A stretch of DNA of 64,000 nt from Xylographa opegraphella (taxonomy: Eukaryota): assembly GCA_022813865.1 (NCBI GenBank), contig JALDZX010000062.1, positions 1 to 64,000 of the forward strand, in the 5' to 3' direction. The notes beneath the pieces are model-generated. The model saw only the letters and a program-made list of their open reading frames with translations. It did no database searches and was not told where the DNA came from. Both the position numbers and the translations under genes were made by a program. Positions 58,301 to 64,000 of this stretch are shown one piece after another; position 1 is the first letter of the stretch, and each line of letters opens with the position of its first letter.

Positions 58301-59312
58301 TTGTCTTTCTTCTTACCCGATAATTTCTCCGCTTTCACTTTACTTGGTAACAGCTCAGTTTTCTCCTTGCTTCCTTTCTCCTTCTCCATCTTGTCCTTAC
58401 CAGCTTGCTTCTTGACCATCTTAAGCTTTCGAGACTTATTCGCCTTGTTCTTTCCAGGTAGTAGTTCTAGGGCAGAGGCGGCTATCACTTCCGGATCGAA
58501 ACTCACAGACTTTAGAGGTGGAGGATCGGTAGGAGCTGTTTCACTAGCTGTTTCCGTTGCAGCTACCACTTCACTCACAACGACCTCAACAGATGCAGCG
58601 GGCTCGATAGGCTCTGGAGGTGCCGCTTCCAAGGGTACTTCATCTGTGGAAGCGGACGGCTGTTTTCGTTAATATATATTCACAGTCCGTAGAACAAACA
58701 TAGATGATCATTCACTCACCTCTGAATCAGTTGCCACAACTACCGGCTCAGATGGATTAGCTTCGTCAACTGTCGGTTCAACTGGTGGATCTTGAACGGC
58801 TTCTGTGTGGTCGACTTCTGGTTCATCCTTCGGGATGTCGACCACTATGTCTTCCGTCGGCGGATCTTGCTGTTGCTCTTCACTCAGCGTGCTCTCGCCT
58901 CCAGGCTCATCCGGGACAGTTTCAGTGTCCACTAGCTCCGGTTCAGGTACTGGCTCACTCTCGGTTGGTGCAGAAACTTCCGTTACTTCTGTTTCACCTG
59001 ATCCATTTTCAACGGCCGGAGGCTCAACCGACACATCTTGGTCGCATCTCGTCAACAGATGTGTATGATATGGAATGAACCTGACATGAGATGCTTACCA
59101 ACAGTATCGTTTAAATGATCTTCACTAGGCACCTCCCCATCGGAGTTTTCCACTCCTGGTGCTACTGGTGGTTCGAACGATGGCGGAACAATTTCTTCTG
59201 CGGGAGGTGGAGTTGGTGGTTTCCAAACGGGTACGTTAGTAAATCGTAAGGAATCTTGATTAAAAGTCTGATATTGAAATACTGAGGGCTTAGCATACGA
59301 AAAGGCCGGCAT
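55351..59312 (-). CDS. Large acidic, Pro/Glu/Ala-rich low-complexity protein with an Arg/Glu-rich C-terminus, at least 3 exons; start uncertain
   Basis: 1093-aa ORF plus upstream ORFs 58708-59055 and 59052-59324 of similar composition, separated by short GT..AG introns. Confidence 0.72.
56975..57196 (-). repeat. Coding minisatellite: 12 perfect 18-bp units encoding EEAAPV
   Basis: tcttcgacaggtgccgct x12 plus tcttcg, read directly on the + strand. Confidence 0.97.
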
Positions 59313-60432
59313 CCTGATTAGCAACTCCCTTGAGTTGAGGTTCAGAGCTAAGTTCTAGTGGGAGGAATTGCTGCCTCTTATTCTTCCGGCGCATCGTGCC
59401 CAACTAATATACCATTGAGCCCAAGTACGAAAGGGAGGGTCAGACGAATAATCAGGATCGAAGGACGGGCACGGAGCAGAGAACAAATACTCGCGAAGAT
59501 CCGTCATCAGGGTCGTAGATATGCTGTACACCACCTTTACATTATTGGAAACAAAGGCAGCAAATCTGAGCAGATCAAGCCATGGAAGCAGGGGACGGGT
59601 TTGGAAACAGCATTGAGTTCTCCACCCTCGTACTCTGAGCAAGCAGCGTCCTTGAGCAATCCACAATGTCATCGACCAATGATAGCAACGGCTCTTACCA
59701 ACTGGAGCCACGTCAAATAGGAAGCTTTAGAGGGACTGCCGTCTCAGGCGATGTATGCAGCCGATGCATCATCTCGTTCCCATGCATGCCGAGCCAGAAA
59801 CAGTCTCTCGACTAACCCTGGCATTGGCTGGATGCGCGAGAAAGAGATGTCTGAGTGGTGCCTGACATTGACGTGAAGAACACCATGGGAGCTTGCGGTG
59901 CATTAGACTATCGTTGATGCCCAACGATCTTTGCCCGCCTCACTCTAGCAGCTGCACCAGCAACCTCTTGCTTGGAGGAGCATGTGTGCTTCACGATGAC
60001 AAAGTGAGAGAGTTGTAAGCCCTGCTGAATGCCCAAAATCGATGGAGTAAGGCCCTCGATTGACGATAGTCTACAGACGATGGCTCGAGATGGTGATGAT
60101 GTTTCCCAAGTGCGCGCTTCGCTTGTCGTCGATGGCTCGTTCCGCATCCTCCCGCGTCCCCCCGTATCCCTTGCTCGTGTAGTCGCTCTTGTGGAGAACG
60201 GAGGTACAGGAGCATAAATGTATCTGCTCGCGGAAACGAACGCAAGCTGCGATATTTACCATGTGATCATTAATCATGCACGCAATCTAGTAATGCGTGA
60301 TGTGGCTGCAACGCGGTACCGTTGGTAGGTTCAAGCATCCAATCAATCCAGCTATGCTAAGTGACAGTCGTTGCCCTAAACAAACACTCCGCCGCTATGC
60401 ATGGACTCATGGGCTCATGAACTGCATCCCAT

Positions 60433-62278
60433 TCATCTCATCTTCTCATCCATGGCAATCCTCCAACGGGGACCATAGTGCCGCATTGACCACACCACGA
60501 TGCTACTAGCCATAGCGATCGCCCCCAATCCTGTGAACAGCCAGCCGTTCCCGATAGCCTCAATGAGAGGTTGAGCCACCACGCCTCCAATGCAGGAGAA
60601 GATGTTGCGCACAAAATTGTTCACTGCGACGCCAGAGGACGCCTTCCGAGGCATAAACTCTGTCAGCATCGTCGTGGCCATTGCGAAGATAAGCATGCTT
60701 CCCACCCCAAAGAAGAAGTTGGCGATCAGCTGTCAAATCAGTCAGCCAATCACACAAGCATACCGGAAGGTCGCGGAGAGGCAACGTCTGTCGTCTGATG
60801 TGCATGTGAAAGCAGCACGATTGGAGACTTACCGGCACGATCCAATATACATGCCTCTCGGCAGTCCAGCCATACCAAATCAACGCTGCCGGATACATGA
60901 AGGCAGCTATCCATGCATTCTCCCTCATCCGATCTTCGGGCCTATACACAAGTTTGCCATTCTCGTCATATCTTCCAGCTTTCTTCGCCTCGCGAGCCAT
61001 TATGGTATCCGTCCATTTCCCCCCCAACAGGCTTGCTAAGACATAGCCAATGGAGTTCGGAATATACGTAAGGCCAACCTCAATTGTAGTAAAGTTGTAA
61101 GGTGGCTGAGCAAAGGTTGATTCCAGGCTGATATTGAGGATGTAGAGCGAACCGAAAGTGATGGAGGCATAGTACACCGTGATGAGTACGGCGGGAAAGC
61201 GAAGATAGAGAATGATTTCCAGTGGATCAATGAACGCCCTCTTCAGCATTTTGATAGTTTTCTTCGTCTTAAGATGCGCTTTCTGGCGTGAGTTTATTCT
61301 TCTCAAAGGGGGCCGCTTTCCTTCATCGGCTTCCACGTCGACACTGGCATCTGAAGCAAGATCTTTACGAACCTTGAGGGTTTCCGGAAGTGCAAAAATG
61401 AGAAAGATCAGGATTACGAGACCAAAGATTGCCAGGAACCACTGAGTACTCCGCCAGCCCCAAGCGTCGGCGAGAGCGCCACCGATAATCGGAGCAAGTA
61501 ATGGCCCCATCAGGGGACCCAAATAGAACACGCCCATGGCACGGCCTCTTTCCCTCGGTTCCCAGATATCTGCTATTGTTCCGGCACCCACGGCTTGCAC
61601 ACTGGCTGCAGATCCTCCTACAAGTATGCGCATCACGATCAGCATGGCAATATTCTTGGATTCGGCCGATACGATATTGAATACAAGGAACAGAGAGAAC
61701 GATGAGATATAGATTGTCCGCCGTCCAAGTGTCTCCGAGAACGACGACCACCAAAGAGGAAATATTGACATCGAAAGCATGTACATTGCAACAGAGAGAT
61801 TCGTGATTGTTGGCGTAGTATCGAGATCCTCGGAAACTTCAAGTAGAGATGCTGATTAAAGTCAGTATCTAGATATATTTCGGCCTCGACATCCCGTACG
61901 GAAAAATATGGCACTGCCAATTGGTGCAGCGACTGCCGCCAGAGCTACCACGAAGGTAATGAACCATTTTGACCGCCGTGGATAGTGCTTCGGCTCTTCC
62001 ACTTCGGCCAGTATAGCGAATCGTGCAAGCAATCCTCTTCGTTGAGATCTCGGCGTCTTTACGGCCGCCGGTGTTACGGAGACGGCGTCTGAATCATGGA
62101 CTTGTGCTTCCACATCTCCCTCTCGGACCTCCTCAGCGCTTGCAGTTGGACTTGAGTCCGCGGGCGGAGACACCTGGATCTCCTTACTGCGATATGAATC
62201 ATCGTTGATGGGAGTCGAGGGGTTGGAGCCATCCTTTTCGTCCAGTGGCTGGAGAGATTTCTTACAGATGTCTGCCAT
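60433..62278 (-). CDS. MFS drug:H+ antiporter (DHA1; Dtr1/Qdr-like), 3 exons
   Basis: WWSSFSETLGRR, VQAVGAGTIADIWEPRERGRAMGVFYLGPLMGPLLAPIIGG, WGWRSTQW, LPETL, PEDRM and NNFVRN. Confidence 0.92.
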
Positions 62279-63215
62279 ATGTACCTAGAAACGGCAAACT
62301 TTAGTAATCAAAGTCTTATCATTGGGAAATCCCTCGCATTGCTGACTTATTTCGCTGGTTGCTACCAGAGCCAGACTATTTCTCCCCACTGTATACTAAA
62401 GCGAACAATACCATAGGCACGAGGTAGTGGAGACGAGGAGCGACAACTCGGGGATTGGGTAGTCGGTGGAACGACAAGGTGAGGTTCGGATCCCAAACCT
62501 CTCCATGGCTGCACCGCGATAATTCGCAATCATTCACCTGTACTGGCGTGAGCGGAGAGCGACTCGAATGAGTGCCGGGAAGCCGAGTAGGGTTTCGCGC
62601 TCTCTAGGTAAGCATGCCGTTTTTGCCGCTGACGTATCCAGCAGAGACTAGTGGATCAGCCGTAACATTGCGGAGTTAGTGTCCTAGTGGATAGCAGTTC
62701 GCCGGTTAAGAATCTCCTCCACACTCAACCTTGCACCGATCTGTCGAAGGTAAACCAACATGCTCTTGTCACGTGCCACACAGACTCTCTCGTCCCGACA
62801 TTCGATTTTCTGTATATTCTTGGCTGCACGCGGCAGGGCAGAATATAGATAAGTACGCACTGTTTGTATGTCATAGCACGGGTTGGGTTAAATCTTTCCA
62901 CCGAAAGTGTCAAGTTAACGACCGTAGGACAACAATCGATCCAAATAGTTGCCCTTGTCTCAGTAGCTGGCATGACCGGGTAATAACGAGATGCTCAGAG
63001 TGATGTTTGGGAGTGCATTATTAGTATCGCCAAGTGATATGATATGCTGGTCATTTACCGTTCGGGCTTAGCCTTGCTGTGTAATAAATCTTCGTATCAT
63101 AGATTGGTAAATACGAATTCTTCACGTTCTGATACTTCTCCTTTTCAGTAGAACTGGATTCCAAGCGTCACGGTTTCAGTGTGTTGTCCTTTGTCTTTTA
63201 GTAGATTATAGAAAC

Positions 63216-64000
63216 ATGGCCGCTCCTGAAGCTGGCCGTCTACAGCAGCTATTCTCAGGGCCTGTGGCCGATAACCAAGGTCGCTGGTCTCAGCTATGGG
63301 ATGCTGGTGACTTTTTGCCTTTTGATAGGGGTTTTCCAAACCCAGCCCTCGAGGACTCCCTAATCCAACGTGAAAAGTTCCTGGGAACTGCTACTCAGTA
63401 TGCGGATGGTAGCAAGCATACCACGAGAAAAACGGCTCTCGTTCCAGGTTGTGGTCGCGGCTACGATGTGCTTCTACTGGCCAGCTTCGGATACGACTCT
63501 TACGGCTTAGAGATCAGTGAGACGGCCGTGCAGAGATGTAAGGAGGAATCTGTGAAGAACGGGCATAAGTATCCGGTGAAAGATGAAGGAGTCGGTGCCG
63601 GTCGAGTAGTATTCATTCATGGTGACTTTTTCGACTCAACGACTTGGAAAGGAGACGTCGATTCTCTAGGATCTGAAAGAAAATTCGATCTGATCTATGA
63701 CTATACGGTACGAAGTCCTCCCGGCGACTCTCTCATGCCGGGGTATAAAAGTAGTGGCGACCTGAGCCTGTAAACTAAAACATCTTGATAGTTCTTGTGT
63801 GCTCTCCACCCTAGCATGCGTCCGGCTTGGTCGAAGCAGATGAGAAGCCTCTTAACGACGAAGGGCCGTTTGATATGTGTTGAGTTTCCTAGCTATAAAT
63901 CACTCTCCGCTCCGGGACCTCCCTGGGCTTTACGACCAGAGATTTACCTTGAACACCTTGGTCACCCCGACAAAAACCTTCCGTATGGTGAGAACGGGGA
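63216..64000 (+). CDS. SAM-dependent thiol/halide methyltransferase (TPMT-like), runs off the end of the window
   Basis: WSQLWD, LPFDRGFPNPAL, ALVPGCGRGYDV, GLEIS, GDFF, FDLIYDYT|FLCAL and GPPW; intron at about 63707-63791. Confidence 0.9.

Noticed and set aside
49820..64000. Two MFS transporters, a methyltransferase and a PLP pseudogene as a possible secondary-metabolite cluster
   Set aside because: No backbone enzyme (PKS, NRPS or terpene synthase) in the window, and the genes are interrupted by an unrelated large protein.

Overview
Eukaryotic DNA from a filamentous ascomycete (Pezizomycotina-type): ~50% GC, short GT-AG introns with CTRAY branch sites. About 20 intron-containing genes can be reconstructed by hand. 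Most are conserved housekeeping genes: aldose 1-epimerase, Fcr1-like Zn2Cys6 factor, Sds23, UNC-50/Gmh1, Pml1/SNIP1, arginase, ApsB, metacaspase, mitochondrial IF2, two DHA1 MFS transporters and a partial thiol/halide methyltransferase. There are also several uncharacterised proteins and a PLP-aminotransferase pseudogene. The standout is a gene the ORF track shows only as fragments (10737-12816, +). It has 10 exons, all introns are phase 0, and it encodes a ~503-aa secreted precursor. The precursor carries eight C-x12-CC-x8/9-C modules (knottin spacing without the C2-C5 pair), arranged in pairs between KR/LxxR sites, followed by a series of C-x8-C loop peptides. Other notable points are a 4-nt micro-exon in UNC-50 and RanBP2-type zinc fingers in mitochondrial IF2. 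All gene models are manual and were not checked against databases or RNA-seq.
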